DNA of 64,000 bases from a virus, in the IMG/VR virus record IMGVR_UViG_3300049491_001102, positions 32,001 to 96,000 of that record; one strand, 5' to 3'. Position numbers and translations under genes: made by a program. A model generated the notes under the pieces. The model ran no database searches and was not told the origin of the DNA. It saw only the letters and a program-made list of their open reading frames with translations. Position 1 is the stretch's first letter; each line of letters opens with the position of its first letter. Positions 1 to 9,268 of this stretch are shown here, piece by piece.

Positions 1-375
1 GCCGGTAACGAGCCGCATGACACCACGCGTCCGCTCGGCACACGTCCAAACCGCCTCTTGCTGGTAATCGCGAAGCCAACCAAGGTCGGCCGACCTGTCG
101 ACCCAACCGTGCCGCACGCGATGATCTTCAACGGAAATAGAAAACCCACGCTTTTCGCCTTGAACCACCACAAGCGAAGCCAACCCCGTCGGGAAGGACT
201 TCGACGATTGGTTGAACATGTGGCGCAACGTGTTGAAATCATACTTCAACACGCCGTCCACCATCTTGTACGCATTCGTCGTGTCCTTGAATGCGCAAAA
301 GTTGATCAGCCAATCCATCTCTTCTTGCGAATCGAAGTCCACAAACGTGTGATGGTTTTCAAGACAAAGCCTCAT
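1..375 (-). CDS. SF2 (UvsW/DEAD-like) helicase, 5' part; runs off the window
   Basis: Own translation from ATG 375 (ATGA overlap with 372..620): MRLCLENHH...FPTGL...WLRDYQQEAVWTCAERTRGVMRLVTG; Q-motif LRDYQxEAV leading into Walker A at the window edge; absent from the ORF track. Confidence 0.8.
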   Translation of the reverse strand, partial: MRLCLENHHTFVDFDSQEEMDWLINFCAFKDTTNAYKMVDGVLKYDFNTLRHMFNQSSKSFPTGLASLVVVQGEKRGFSISVEDHRVRHGWVDRSADLGWLRDYQQEAVWTCAERTRGVMRLVTG

Positions 376-620
376 AGCTCTAGCAACTTGGCCATTTCTG
401 GCCCGAGATGGGTTTTGACTGAATCGTATTGAATGAAAATGGTTTGGCCGAGCTTTTCCGTTTTGACGTGGGCTTCCTCGACCCACTTGTAGATCGCAGA
501 AGTGGACAACATCACCTTGTCCGCCACGTCCTGAACGGTCCAATACCCCTTCGCCCGCATCCGTGCGACGAGCTGCTCGCGTCGAGTTGCTGCCCGATGG
601 GCGCGCACAGAATCCGTCAT
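372..620 (-). CDS. Excisionase-like/MerR-type HTH DNA-binding protein
   Basis: YWTVQDVADKVMLSTSAIYKWVEEAHV...KLGQTIFI pattern of HTH_17-like proteins; ATGA-coupled to neighbours. Confidence 0.7.
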   Translation of the reverse strand: MTDSVRAHRAATRREQLVARMRAKGYWTVQDVADKVMLSTSAIYKWVEEAHVKTEKLGQTIFIQYDSVKTHLGPEMAKLLEL

Positions 621-1198
621 TGAAGCAACTCCTCACGAACCATCGTCAAAAATGTACGCCGGCAACTCCACAGATACCGACGGTTGTGCCCTTGTTGTGT
701 GAGTTCATGGATGACATCTTTCCGCTCAACACCCATCATTTCTTCTCGGACAATCTGGGCTCCGATTGCACATTTCGGGTATTCACCAGCTAAACGTGCA
801 ATGACGCGGTCTGCTGCCAACGATATTTCTTTCGTTAGGAAGGCGTCTTCGACGTTGTCCACCGTGGTGGTTGTAGGGTCCAGAACCTTAGTTTGTTCAT
901 TCAAAGTGCAGTCCGCCCACTCATGTCGATTTTTGTAGATATTGACGTTTCGAATCGCCATAAGTTGGGTGTAGACCACTCGATACAGATACGTTTCTGG
1001 ATAATCCGGTGAAAATCCTTCTGCGAGCTTCATGAGCACCCGCATCCAACCGTGTTGGATAAGATCAGGCTCATCCACAAAGCTCAGCAACCACTCGTTC
1101 TTTCGGCGAAAACTATAGACAGCCTTGAGAATGCAAGATTCTACGGCCTCATGGCTTAGATAGACGTCTGTTCCTGAAATTCTGTATTGCGTACTCAT
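617..1198 (-). CDS. Sigma-70 family-like factor (region 2-like), divergent
   Basis: DEPDLIQHGWMRVL...PETYLYRVV resembles sigma region 2; ECF-like size; region 4 only weakly recognisable. Confidence 0.5.
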   Translation of the reverse strand: MSTQYRISGTDVYLSHEAVESCILKAVYSFRRKNEWLLSFVDEPDLIQHGWMRVLMKLAEGFSPDYPETYLYRVVYTQLMAIRNVNIYKNRHEWADCTLNEQTKVLDPTTTTVDNVEDAFLTKEISLAADRVIARLAGEYPKCAIGAQIVREEMMGVERKDVIHELTQQGHNRRYLWSCRRTFLTMVREELLQ

Positions 1199-2094
1199 GC
1201 TACACCTCCGAACACTGCAATGACTTCGGTAGCACCAACTGTGTCTTTCTGTGCTTCGATTGTTGCTCGCATAGATTTCAGACGATCTTGCAACGCGTCC
1301 AAGTTTCGGTCGACTGCACCAGCATAAAGCGCAATCTTGTCTTTCATCCCGTCGAGCTTTTTCAATCGCGTTGCAGCCGCGCGTGGTGCCGGTTTGTCGT
1401 TGGTGTTCTGTTCCTGAACGAACTCGACCATGTCATCCATCATGGCCGTGCACTCCTGCATCAGCGCATCGATCACTGCATCGGCAGCACTGGTCACTTT
1501 GAGCGCTGGAATTCGGTACACGCGATGCTTGCTCACCAAGCCCAGAGCATCAGCTAACATGTTCCAATCGGCCTGCTTGGGCTGCGGGACAAAATAGACC
1601 CCGCCAGCTCCACGCATTCGCACGGCCTGATGTCGCTCGGCCGACCAGGTCAGCCACTGGCTCACGTCTTCGGACGTGAAAACGTCCCGCATAGCGACGA
1701 AGGAGTCGATGATCCGCGATCCAAAGTTGATGTTGTCGCGGAGCACCTTCACCGCGTCTTGCCCGTCGGCGGTCTCCGTGAGGCAAAAGATGGCGGCGGA
1801 GCTGAGGTGCAGAGACTCTTCAGTGGTTTTGTCCGCGTCCTCACCGATGACGTGGACCATCGCGCCTTTGCTGCGCACCACGTACCGGTTGCCACCAGCA
1901 TGCCGACATGCCCGGATGAGCAAGTTCTGGGTGCTGGGGGCCATGGGAGCATGGCGCTCCTCGATGCCAACTGCCGCCAAGGCATCGATCAACTTGCCAC
2001 GTTCAATGTGTTGTCCCCCATGGAGGGTCCAATAGGTGATGGCCCCGAGTGCGTCGCCGCCCGCTTGCGGCACGGCAATGTATTGGCTTGACAT
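1195..2094 (-). CDS. DUF6744/DUF3150-like phage protein with C-terminal coiled coil
   Basis: GAITYWTL and VRMRGAGGVYFVP motifs; this type of protein commonly sits near AAA/vWA genes. Confidence 0.5.
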   Translation of the reverse strand: MSSQYIAVPQAGGDALGAITYWTLHGGQHIERGKLIDALAAVGIEERHAPMAPSTQNLLIRACRHAGGNRYVVRSKGAMVHVIGEDADKTTEESLHLSSAAIFCLTETADGQDAVKVLRDNINFGSRIIDSFVAMRDVFTSEDVSQWLTWSAERHQAVRMRGAGGVYFVPQPKQADWNMLADALGLVSKHRVYRIPALKVTSAADAVIDALMQECTAMMDDMVEFVQEQNTNDKPAPRAAATRLKKLDGMKDKIALYAGAVDRNLDALQDRLKSMRATIEAQKDTVGATEVIAVFGGVA

Positions 2095-2139
2095 AGTCAA
2101 CTTATTACACCTTTTTCACTGGTTACACCAGTTGTGCGT

Positions 2140-2168
2140 AAAAAAAGCGAGAGGAGTCCTCTCGCTTT
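2140..2168 (-). terminator. Intrinsic terminator after 2197..2739
   Basis: Minus strand AAAGCGAGAGG-ACT-CCTCTCGCTTT-TTTT. Confidence 0.85.
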
Positions 2169-2196
2169 CGCGCTTAACCGGCGCGCTTGACGCTTA

Positions 2197-2739
2197 TTAC
2201 GCGCTCTTGCTCCGCGTGCGTCGGCCTGCTTTCGCCCCCGTGCCAGCCGGCTTCACCTTGGGAGGATCCGTGGGGCGGCGGAAATGCGAGACCATACCAA
2301 CACCAGAAGCTCCGGTATTGGTGCGCCAACTTACGCTTTGCTTGTCCACGGCAAGAACTTCGAATTCCTGACCGGCAAACGCAGCGTAGGTGGCAGGTGC
2401 CGTATCTCGCAACACAAGCTTCTCGCCCGGCTGAAACACCGTAAGCGTGCGCTTTCGCGAAAGCGGGAAAAATGAGCGTGGCAAGCTTTCCAGGTCTTTG
2501 GCCAAGCCAGCAATCCATGCGGTCGTTTCGGCGATGTCAGACAAGAACTTCGGCTTGTCCACCGAGTTTTTCTCCGCAACTTTCTGTTCAATTCGCTCGA
2601 ACTCCTGTTGGACCTGTTCGACTTCATTCTTAGCCCGTTCCAGGCGCTTGGCCAAACGGATGACCCACGTGACCTTGCGGGCGCGTTTCACTGGGGTGGC
2701 GGTAGTATCGGTGGTGACGGCAGCGGTAGCGGTAGTCAT
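2197..2739 (-). CDS. Hypothetical protein: coiled coil + SH3/KOW-like domain + basic tail
   Basis: ATG 2739 with SD AGAGGAG; LAKRLERAKNEVEQVQQEFERIEQK coiled coil; FQPGEKLVL...EFEVLAVD. Confidence 0.7.
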   Translation of the reverse strand: MTTATAAVTTDTTATPVKRARKVTWVIRLAKRLERAKNEVEQVQQEFERIEQKVAEKNSVDKPKFLSDIAETTAWIAGLAKDLESLPRSFFPLSRKRTLTVFQPGEKLVLRDTAPATYAAFAGQEFEVLAVDKQSVSWRTNTGASGVGMVSHFRRPTDPPKVKPAGTGAKAGRRTRSKSA

Positions 2740-2760
2740 TGATCTCTCCTCTGTCCAAGG

Positions 2761-2788
2761 ACTATAAACAAACTTCCCGCTTGTACAA
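2761..2788 (-). promoter_or_regulatory. Sigma70-like promoter for 2197..2739
   Basis: TTGTAC-16nt-TATAGT on the minus strand in the divergent intergenic region. Confidence 0.5.
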
Positions 2789-2865
2789 GTACGAACCGCG
2801 CACTTACGTGAAAAAGGTTCATCTGCTTTTACAAACTTTTCACTCGTTTCACTATTATAGCGCAT

Positions 2866-4122
2866 ATGGACAGTGAGATTCTCCGAGCCACTCTCTTGAC
2901 TCCAGGCCCTTTTGGACGTTGGGGCCTCCCCATCCTTAACTGGGGTCCTCCCGCTGTCGCTAAGACTGCGGAGGTCAACGCCGTTGCCGAGAATATCGGT
3001 TTGCGAGTCGAGACCCTCTTAGGGTCGACACGTCAAGTCGAGGACTTCCTCGGCAATCCCTACTTCCAAGACGTTCAAATCACTGATGGGCATGGACAAG
3101 TTCGTACAGTGAAAGCAACGTCTCATGCGATGCCTGATTGGGCTGTGCGGGCATTTGCTGACCCCTACACGTTGATTCACTTGGACGAGGTCTCGTTGAC
3201 TTCGCAGGAAACACAAAAGGGTTTGCTGCGCTTGGTTCATGAAGGTGTAACGGGCGAAACAGAACTCCCGAAGGTTACGCGTTTTATGGCCAGCGCCAAT
3301 CCAGCGTCAATGGCCAACGGAACATTCGACATGTCGCCGCCGCTTGTTGCTCGTTGGGGCCACGCCATGACCGGTGTGGACAGCCAACTGCAAAAAGTCG
3401 CACTCGATCAATCCTTCGTGCGGAACTGGGCGGATTGGGCGATGAGTTCTGGCGGTGATCGTCCTGCTGGATACGTGCCCGAACCACCAGACTCGCGGGC
3501 CGCCCGGGTCGAAGAAGCTCAGCAGTTCATCATGCAGACGTGGGATTCAGTCTACAAATCTGTACGTGTTGAAGTTTCGGCCTTTATGCTCTCTGCGGCC
3601 GGTGGTGTTGAAGCCTTGCACAACATGCCACCACCAGATGTAATTCGCCCTGGCGTCGCGTGGAATAACCCCAGAATGTGGGAATACGCCATGCGAGCGA
3701 TGGCATGTGCACAGATCCTCAATCTGACTGAAATGCAGCAACACATTTGGGCGGGCATGTTCGTCGGCGAAGGCATGATTGCCAAGTTCAATGCTTTCAA
3801 AAAGGACTTGAACTTACCAACACCGGAGGCATTCCTCACACGACAAGTGAGTTATTCGCACGACCCAATGAAGCTGGACCGCACAATGGCGCTTTTGCTG
3901 TCTTGCTCCAACCACATTTGCGACCCGCAGTGCACCCAAAGCCAAGTCAAGGAAGACACATTCTGGTCGTTCGTGGCAACGCTGGCAAACTCTTGCGGTG
4001 ATATTTGTGCGCCAGCAATCCGCCTGATGGTGAACAAGGGGAAAACGCACAATAAACAAGCAGCATCTGTTCTCGTTCAATTCGCAACGATGTTGCGCGC
4101 CGCCGGTGTTATGAAGATCTAA
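2866..4122 (+). CDS. MoxR-like AAA+ ATPase
   Basis: Walker A WGPPAVAKT, Walker B LIHLDEV, FMASANP sensor 1, PPLVARW arginine finger, NPRMWE sensor-2 region. Confidence 0.85.
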   Translation: MDSEILRATLLTPGPFGRWGLPILNWGPPAVAKTAEVNAVAENIGLRVETLLGSTRQVEDFLGNPYFQDVQITDGHGQVRTVKATSHAMPDWAVRAFADPYTLIHLDEVSLTSQETQKGLLRLVHEGVTGETELPKVTRFMASANPASMANGTFDMSPPLVARWGHAMTGVDSQLQKVALDQSFVRNWADWAMSSGGDRPAGYVPEPPDSRAARVEEAQQFIMQTWDSVYKSVRVEVSAFMLSAAGGVEALHNMPPPDVIRPGVAWNNPRMWEYAMRAMACAQILNLTEMQQHIWAGMFVGEGMIAKFNAFKKDLNLPTPEAFLTRQVSYSHDPMKLDRTMALLLSCSNHICDPQCTQSQVKEDTFWSFVATLANSCGDICAPAIRLMVNKGKTHNKQAASVLVQFATMLRAAGVMKI

Positions 4123-4142
4123 CTGACGGTACCGTGGGATTT

Positions 4143-5033
4143 ATGCGTAAAAAGAATCTAACTGGGATCGCACATCTCACGGTACCGACTGCCTGCTATT
4201 TTTCAAAAACTGGGACTCACACGATCCGGTTAGCAGTGCAGGCGGTTCAGTACACATTCGATAAGAAAAACAAGAGTTCTCATCTTGTAGTGCGATGTTT
4301 AGACATTCCCTGTGCCAAAGATATAGGAGTGGCCAGAGATGTCATTTTCACACTTGAAAAGGTTTCGAACATCAAAACATGTCGAGACCCCGCCTTGAGC
4401 GCACTCATTAACGCTTTGCGCCATGTCCTAGTCGAAGTGGCTGCTAATAAAGGCTTGCTCTCAATACCGCTTGCAACCGATTCGATACCCAAGATTCGTC
4501 AAGAGAACCGGACACAAAGTGTTGGGACTCGATTTGACGCATTGGTCTCGCGTTTGGACCAAGTTTGGATAAAACTCGGTGATTGCTATGGACTCAAGTT
4601 TGCCTCAGGGACAATCCGCTACTCGCCTGGATTGAACCGGATTGTCTTACACTCATCCATCGGTATTATTGCTAAATACGAAGGTAAGCGGTGGGTTTGG
4701 TGCCTAAATCAAGCCCAAAAGTACCACGACTTCATCCATGAGTTGGGAGTCAAGCACGTATGTCTTGCCTGTGATTGTATGTGTAAGAAATCCACGCATA
4801 GTGGAACGAGAAAGCATTTTGAAGCTGTTAAGAGAACAACAATTGACATGCTCAATATGATCTTTCCAATCATACAGCAAGAACGTGGATGTGAGCCTGG
4901 TCCGCTATTTAGTATAGGCGGTAAAAGTATCTTCTTATCTCAAGGCACGCTGTTCGACTACCGGGCACTTAAAGACAGCATCAATAAAAAGGTGCGGGAC
5001 ATTCTCATCGCATCGACTGTACCGAAGACTTGA
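4143..5033 (+). CDS. Hypothetical basic protein with possible Zn finger
   Basis: Long ORF; CLACDCMCKKSTHSGTRKH motif. Confidence 0.55.
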   Translation: MRKKNLTGIAHLTVPTACYFSKTGTHTIRLAVQAVQYTFDKKNKSSHLVVRCLDIPCAKDIGVARDVIFTLEKVSNIKTCRDPALSALINALRHVLVEVAANKGLLSIPLATDSIPKIRQENRTQSVGTRFDALVSRLDQVWIKLGDCYGLKFASGTIRYSPGLNRIVLHSSIGIIAKYEGKRWVWCLNQAQKYHDFIHELGVKHVCLACDCMCKKSTHSGTRKHFEAVKRTTIDMLNMIFPIIQQERGCEPGPLFSIGGKSIFLSQGTLFDYRALKDSINKKVRDILIASTVPKT

Positions 5034-5499
5034 GAATAGCTAACGCTTGCGCTTCGGGTCGTCCTGGCCAAACAAGGTATCCCAAGTCAAAAGCACCTTT
5101 TGGATGCGCGCACGCAAGAATAGGGTGCGCATCCATCTTCTGTTTAAACTGTCGTACTTCCTGCGCGATCAAGCGTGTGAAGCCATGAACTGCGCCGGAT
5201 ACGTATCCTTGGCCGATTTCGTTTGGCTTAACGACTCGTCCGGCTTGCTCCCATGCGAGTAAGCGGTCGAAAATAACCTCAGCAACTTCGTCGGCAGCCC
5301 AGTTCCGGGGCATCAAGGCTGCGTATCGCGTGTTTGCTACCGTTTCACCTGAGCAGAGCCAAAATAGGCAATCACAGGCGATTGCATCCTGCATGTGCGG
5401 TTCCCAGGCGCGGCGGACTTGGCCGATGTAGAAGTCGCATACGTCTTGGTGCGTCGATAATATGCGCCTACCTCTAACGATTTTGTTTTTGAACGTCAT
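5005..5499 (-). CDS. Hypothetical protein
   Basis: 164-aa ORF filling the gap between + strand genes. Confidence 0.5.
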   Translation of the reverse strand: MTFKNKIVRGRRILSTHQDVCDFYIGQVRRAWEPHMQDAIACDCLFWLCSGETVANTRYAALMPRNWAADEVAEVIFDRLLAWEQAGRVVKPNEIGQGYVSGAVHGFTRLIAQEVRQFKQKMDAHPILACAHPKGAFDLGYLVWPGRPEAQALAILKSSVQSMR

Positions 5500-5595
5500 A
5501 CGCTTTGTTTGACATCTAGACGTTTTGTTAGCAACAAGCGCCGTATTCGCATTCTCTCACCCCCTGTTCAAACTTTATCCGTCCAACGCTATTAA

Positions 5596-6990
5596 ATGAC
5601 CATGAACGTCCCAGCGTTAAACCTCACGGTCAGCGGGGTGATGGCTGCTGCCCGCTACAAGGCTTGCAGCATTGCTCCCTATTTTGCGGACGGCTTGCTC
5701 GCCTTGATCCCAATGCCATGCCCCGGTTTTGGGACGTTCGCGGTGTCCGAGCACGGACACCTCATTTACGATCCCGACGTGGTGCTGGCCTGGGGTGTCG
5801 ATGTGGTCTGCACGGTTTACCTCCACGAGTTGCAGCACGTCTTGCGCAACCATGCTCAGCGCGCGCGGTCGCAAGGAGTCAGCGCGGCAACGGCCGATGC
5901 TTGGGGACAAGCCGTGGACGCGGAGATCAACGACGACCTGGTCGCGATGAAGCTTCCATTTCCCGATGGTCGCTGCGTTTTGCCCAGCACGCTGTCCAAG
6001 ACCGCGCCTGATGGTCTCTCGGCCGAAGAATATTACCTGCTCCTGCCGATCGACAATCAAGGATGTCGGCAGCCAAACGGTAAGCCAGGCGTCAACGGTT
6101 CCGGCGGCACCGGCATTCCGCTGCCCCAAGAACCGGACACTTCCGGACCAAATGCTGTCCCGGGCCGAACCCCCGCGGACATGCAGCTCATCCGCAACCA
6201 GTGCGCGGACAAGCTGCAAAAAGCCAAAAATATGGGAAACAATGGGTCTATACCCGGTGGATTCCTGCGTTGGGCTGAAGAGGTATTGGCACCACCTCCT
6301 TACGACTGGAAACAGCACCTGGAAACACGGGCAAACAACGTTTGCGCGTTCGTGCGTGGCAAAAAGAGTCGCACCTACAGCCAGCAATCGCGACGCCAAG
6401 GCATCTATGGCTATGGCTCCGGTGTGCCCGTGGTCGCAGCTCGGCGCAGCCCCATCGTCACAAGTGCCATCATGCTCGATACGAGCGGGTCGATGGATGA
6501 CGACGACATCGCTATGGGTCTCGGCATCATCGGCAAAGTGCTGCAGCACTCCACCGATCGCACGATGTTCCTAAGCTGTGATGCGGCAGTCAACACGCTT
6601 GCGAATGTTCGGTCGCTTGCAGACGTCAAAAAACTAGTTGTCGGTGGTGGTGGTACGGATTTTCGCCCAGGCTTCGCCGCGCTTGCCAAAGATCCACCTG
6701 CGGTGCTCTTCGTGCTCACAGACGGTGATGGTCCAGCACCAGCGCTCAATCACCTCCACACCACAGAAATCGTATGGGTCCTCATCGGGGACCATGCCGT
6801 GATTCCATTCTGCGACAACGCTCGACGGTCCACTGTTCCCTACGGCGAAATCGTGTGGGCTTCCGACGAAGCCCGCAAACGCAATCGCGATGCCGAAGGC
6901 AATCGCAAACGAGTGCTCCCCGAAGTGGCCGACGATGGCGATGGCCAGGATGATGACGACGATGACGATAGTGCTAACGCTACCCCCTAA
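5596..6990 (+). CDS. HExxH metallopeptidase-like (DUF2201-type) + vWA domain protein
   Basis: YLHELQHVLRNH, DAEIND, SAEEYY; MIDAS LDTSGSM, GGGGTDFRP, VLTDGDG. Confidence 0.88.
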   Translation: MTMNVPALNLTVSGVMAAARYKACSIAPYFADGLLALIPMPCPGFGTFAVSEHGHLIYDPDVVLAWGVDVVCTVYLHELQHVLRNHAQRARSQGVSAATADAWGQAVDAEINDDLVAMKLPFPDGRCVLPSTLSKTAPDGLSAEEYYLLLPIDNQGCRQPNGKPGVNGSGGTGIPLPQEPDTSGPNAVPGRTPADMQLIRNQCADKLQKAKNMGNNGSIPGGFLRWAEEVLAPPPYDWKQHLETRANNVCAFVRGKKSRTYSQQSRRQGIYGYGSGVPVVAARRSPIVTSAIMLDTSGSMDDDDIAMGLGIIGKVLQHSTDRTMFLSCDAAVNTLANVRSLADVKKLVVGGGGTDFRPGFAALAKDPPAVLFVLTDGDGPAPALNHLHTTEIVWVLIGDHAVIPFCDNARRSTVPYGEIVWASDEARKRNRDAEGNRKRVLPEVADDGDGQDDDDDDDSANATP

Positions 6991-7162
6991 CCTTCGTGTG
7001 CTGGTGGAGTTCCTCGATCGCAACGAAGCCCATCTTCCTCGCGACGAGAGAACTGCAATCGATGTTAAGGAGATGGACTATCATGACTACCTCGCCCTCC
7101 CCTTGGACAAAATGGCCAATTGTCGGATTGCAAAAACTCTCAGCGATGCTGAGCGCGGCTAA
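6971..7162 (+). CDS. Small hypothetical protein
   Basis: GTG 6971 start within track ORF 6890..7162; fills the gap before the endolysin. Confidence 0.4.
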   Translation: MLTLPPNLRVLVEFLDRNEAHLPRDERTAIDVKEMDYHDYLALPLDKMANCRIAKTLSDAERG

Positions 7163-7928
7163 AGCCGCCGTCGTGCCCACGCGTGAAGTTTCATTGCGCT
7201 CTGACCCTGAGCCCTCCATGGTGATGCCGCCTGCTCCTGCATTCATCACCCAAGAGCCCTACGTTCTAGGTTTCGACATTTCACATCATCAAGTTGTCGT
7301 CGAGTTTGAGGCGATGTTTGAGCAGGGCTATCGGTTCTGCTTTCTGAAGGCGACGGAGGGCAACACGTTCCGCGACAAAATGTTCGCCAATCATGCGCAT
7401 CGAGCCCATCAGGCCGGTTTGCACATCGGCGCCTACCATTTCGCCCGTGTGCGTCGAGATGATGATGTGTCTTTTCTCGACCAAGGGATTCGACAAGCTC
7501 GTTTTTGTGCGAAGACCGTCCGCGAATCCGTGCCCAAAGGATGCGCAATTCTTCCCATCGTTCTTGACGTCGAGTGGCATGACTCTTTGAAGACCGGCAA
7601 AATCTTGCCGCCGGAACTCATCACGTTCATTTCTGCTTTCAACCTCGAAATTGAACGACTTGGGTTTAGCGAAATCATCGTCTATACCGGACCGAGCTTC
7701 TATAAGCAGTACATCAAGCGGCCATTGACCTACAAACTTTGGCTTGTTTCAGGGTACAACCGAAAGTTCAAGCCGACGAAGGTCATTCCTGACTGGAATG
7801 CCAATTTTTACCAGTTCTACAACAAGCAACCGGTTCCGCACCGCAACACGGACCGCGGGCTGAACATCGACGTCAACGTCTTCTACGGCACAGAGACAGA
7901 TCTTGCCGGACTTTTACGGCAAGTTTAG
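7146..7928 (+). CDS. GH25 muramidase (endolysin)
   Basis: GFDISHHQ, FLKATEG, GAYHF, LDVE catalytic DxE, IVYT, FYQF, IDVNVF. Confidence 0.92.
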   Translation: MLSAAKAAVVPTREVSLRSDPEPSMVMPPAPAFITQEPYVLGFDISHHQVVVEFEAMFEQGYRFCFLKATEGNTFRDKMFANHAHRAHQAGLHIGAYHFARVRRDDDVSFLDQGIRQARFCAKTVRESVPKGCAILPIVLDVEWHDSLKTGKILPPELITFISAFNLEIERLGFSEIIVYTGPSFYKQYIKRPLTYKLWLVSGYNRKFKPTKVIPDWNANFYQFYNKQPVPHRNTDRGLNIDVNVFYGTETDLAGLLRQV

Positions 7929-7990
7929 TCATGTGCGGTTTACCTTTTCATCTCCTCGATTGCCTCCCAATCCTTGATACCGTGTTCACC

Positions 7991-8437
7991 ATGCGTTCTG
8001 CACTTCGATCCCTCCCACTCCTCGCTATCTTCTTGTCCTCATGCACGGCGTTGCCGGAGACCGTCGAACCGGATTCTGCACTTGTGCACGCCGTGGTGTC
8101 GGGGATTCACGACGTGGTCGCCACAGCGCATCAAGTTTGGTCGGCACAGCTCAACCTCCGTGTTGATACCTGCCGCAAGCAGTTGCCGCCGGAAACCACA
8201 ACGCGTGAGCAGTTCATCGAATGCCTCAAACCGTTCGATAAGAACGACGTCATCGTCGCCCACCTCAACCGTCTCGTCGAAGTGCAAAAAGCCCTCCGAA
8301 CGGCGGCACTTACCGCGCAAGAGATCCGAGCCAAAGCTCTCGAAGCATTGGCGACCGCACGATTTCTCCTTGATTTGCTGCAAGCCAATCAAGGCGATTA
8401 CGCCCAAATTCAGCGCCTCGAAGCGCTGCTCAAGTGA
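7991..8437 (+). CDS. Lipoprotein, possible outer-membrane spanin component
   Basis: Signal peptide with lipobox MRSALRSLPLLAIFLSS|C; helical body; directly follows the endolysin. Confidence 0.55.
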   Translation: MRSALRSLPLLAIFLSSCTALPETVEPDSALVHAVVSGIHDVVATAHQVWSAQLNLRVDTCRKQLPPETTTREQFIECLKPFDKNDVIVAHLNRLVEVQKALRTAALTAQEIRAKALEALATARFLLDLLQANQGDYAQIQRLEALLK

Positions 8438-8442
8438 ACTCC

Positions 8443-8694
8443 ATGTCGAACGAAGAGACAAAACAACCCGAGCACCCACAAACTAACGAGCAGAACCTCC
8501 AGGACAAAGTCGATTCCCTGCGGGAAACCGCGAAGAATATGACCCCTGAGAGGCTCGACCGCGCGCTGAAACATGTCATCAGTGCTCTCGCAGACGCACC
8601 AGACAACGAGGCAGAACTTGACCAAGCAAAACGAGATTCTGAACGCATCGATCAGGTATCCAGCGAATACCCGAGCAAAGCTGATAGCGATTGA
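8443..8694 (+). CDS. Small hydrophilic helical protein
   Basis: ORF between lipoprotein and dTMP kinase. Confidence 0.45.
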   Translation: MSNEETKQPEHPQTNEQNLQDKVDSLRETAKNMTPERLDRALKHVISALADAPDNEAELDQAKRDSERIDQVSSEYPSKADSD

Positions 8695-9268
8695 AGGCCC
8701 CGATGGCGCCGGCAAGACAACGGCGTGCGAACTCCTTGCGGCAACGTTAAGTACCGAGCACCGTGAGCTACGCGGCCGCACCATCTTTACACATCAGCCG
8801 GGAACTGTCCTGGGGCCCTATGTGAAGAAGATCGTCACTGAAGGCAAAACAACGGCGGTGGAGGAAGCCACGATGTTTGCCGCCCTCCAAACCATGGTTT
8901 GGTTCGAGTGCGTGCAGCCACCGTCGGACAAATTCTTTGTAACGGACCGTTACTCCATGTCGACGTTTTGCTACCAGTCGGCGCGCCACGACGGGGAGTT
9001 GAACGACATCTTGCGCATCGTTCAAACCGTGCCCCATCCGGATCTCACGATTGTGCTGAGTCCTGATTTCGAAACATGCCAACAACGGATTGCTCAGCGT
9101 GGGCACGGAAACAACTTTGATCGTGATGTAGAGTTGCAGCGTAAAGTTCATCGTCTTTACGAGTTCACGGTCACCGCTCCTGCAGGTGTCTTCGGCGACG
9201 TCGTTTATTGCTTGACCGCTGATGAAGCTGTTGAGCACTTTCTGCGCTATGTCCAATCCGTGGCATAG
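8618..9268 (+). CDS. tmk: Thymidylate (dTMP) kinase
   Basis: IAIEGPDGAGKTT P-loop, THQPG, VTDRYSMSTFCYQ, PHPDLTIVL; TTG 8618 has GAGG SD (ATG 8573 is an alternative start). Confidence 0.88.
   Translation: MTKQNEILNASIRYPANTRAKLIAIEGPDGAGKTTACELLAATLSTEHRELRGRTIFTHQPGTVLGPYVKKIVTEGKTTAVEEATMFAALQTMVWFECVQPPSDKFFVTDRYSMSTFCYQSARHDGELNDILRIVQTVPHPDLTIVLSPDFETCQQRIAQRGHGNNFDRDVELQRKVHRLYEFTVTAPAGVFGDVVYCLTADEAVEHFLRYVQSVA

Noticed and set aside
58-432. 124-aa + strand ORF
   Set aside because: Antisense shadow of the minus-strand helicase 5' end, which has recognisable motifs
5617-6549. 310-aa minus-strand ORF and similar long antisense ORFs (e.g. 27905..28603, 52826..53353)
   Set aside because: They lie opposite well-supported GC3-rich genes, have no motifs or SD, and are expected shadow ORFs
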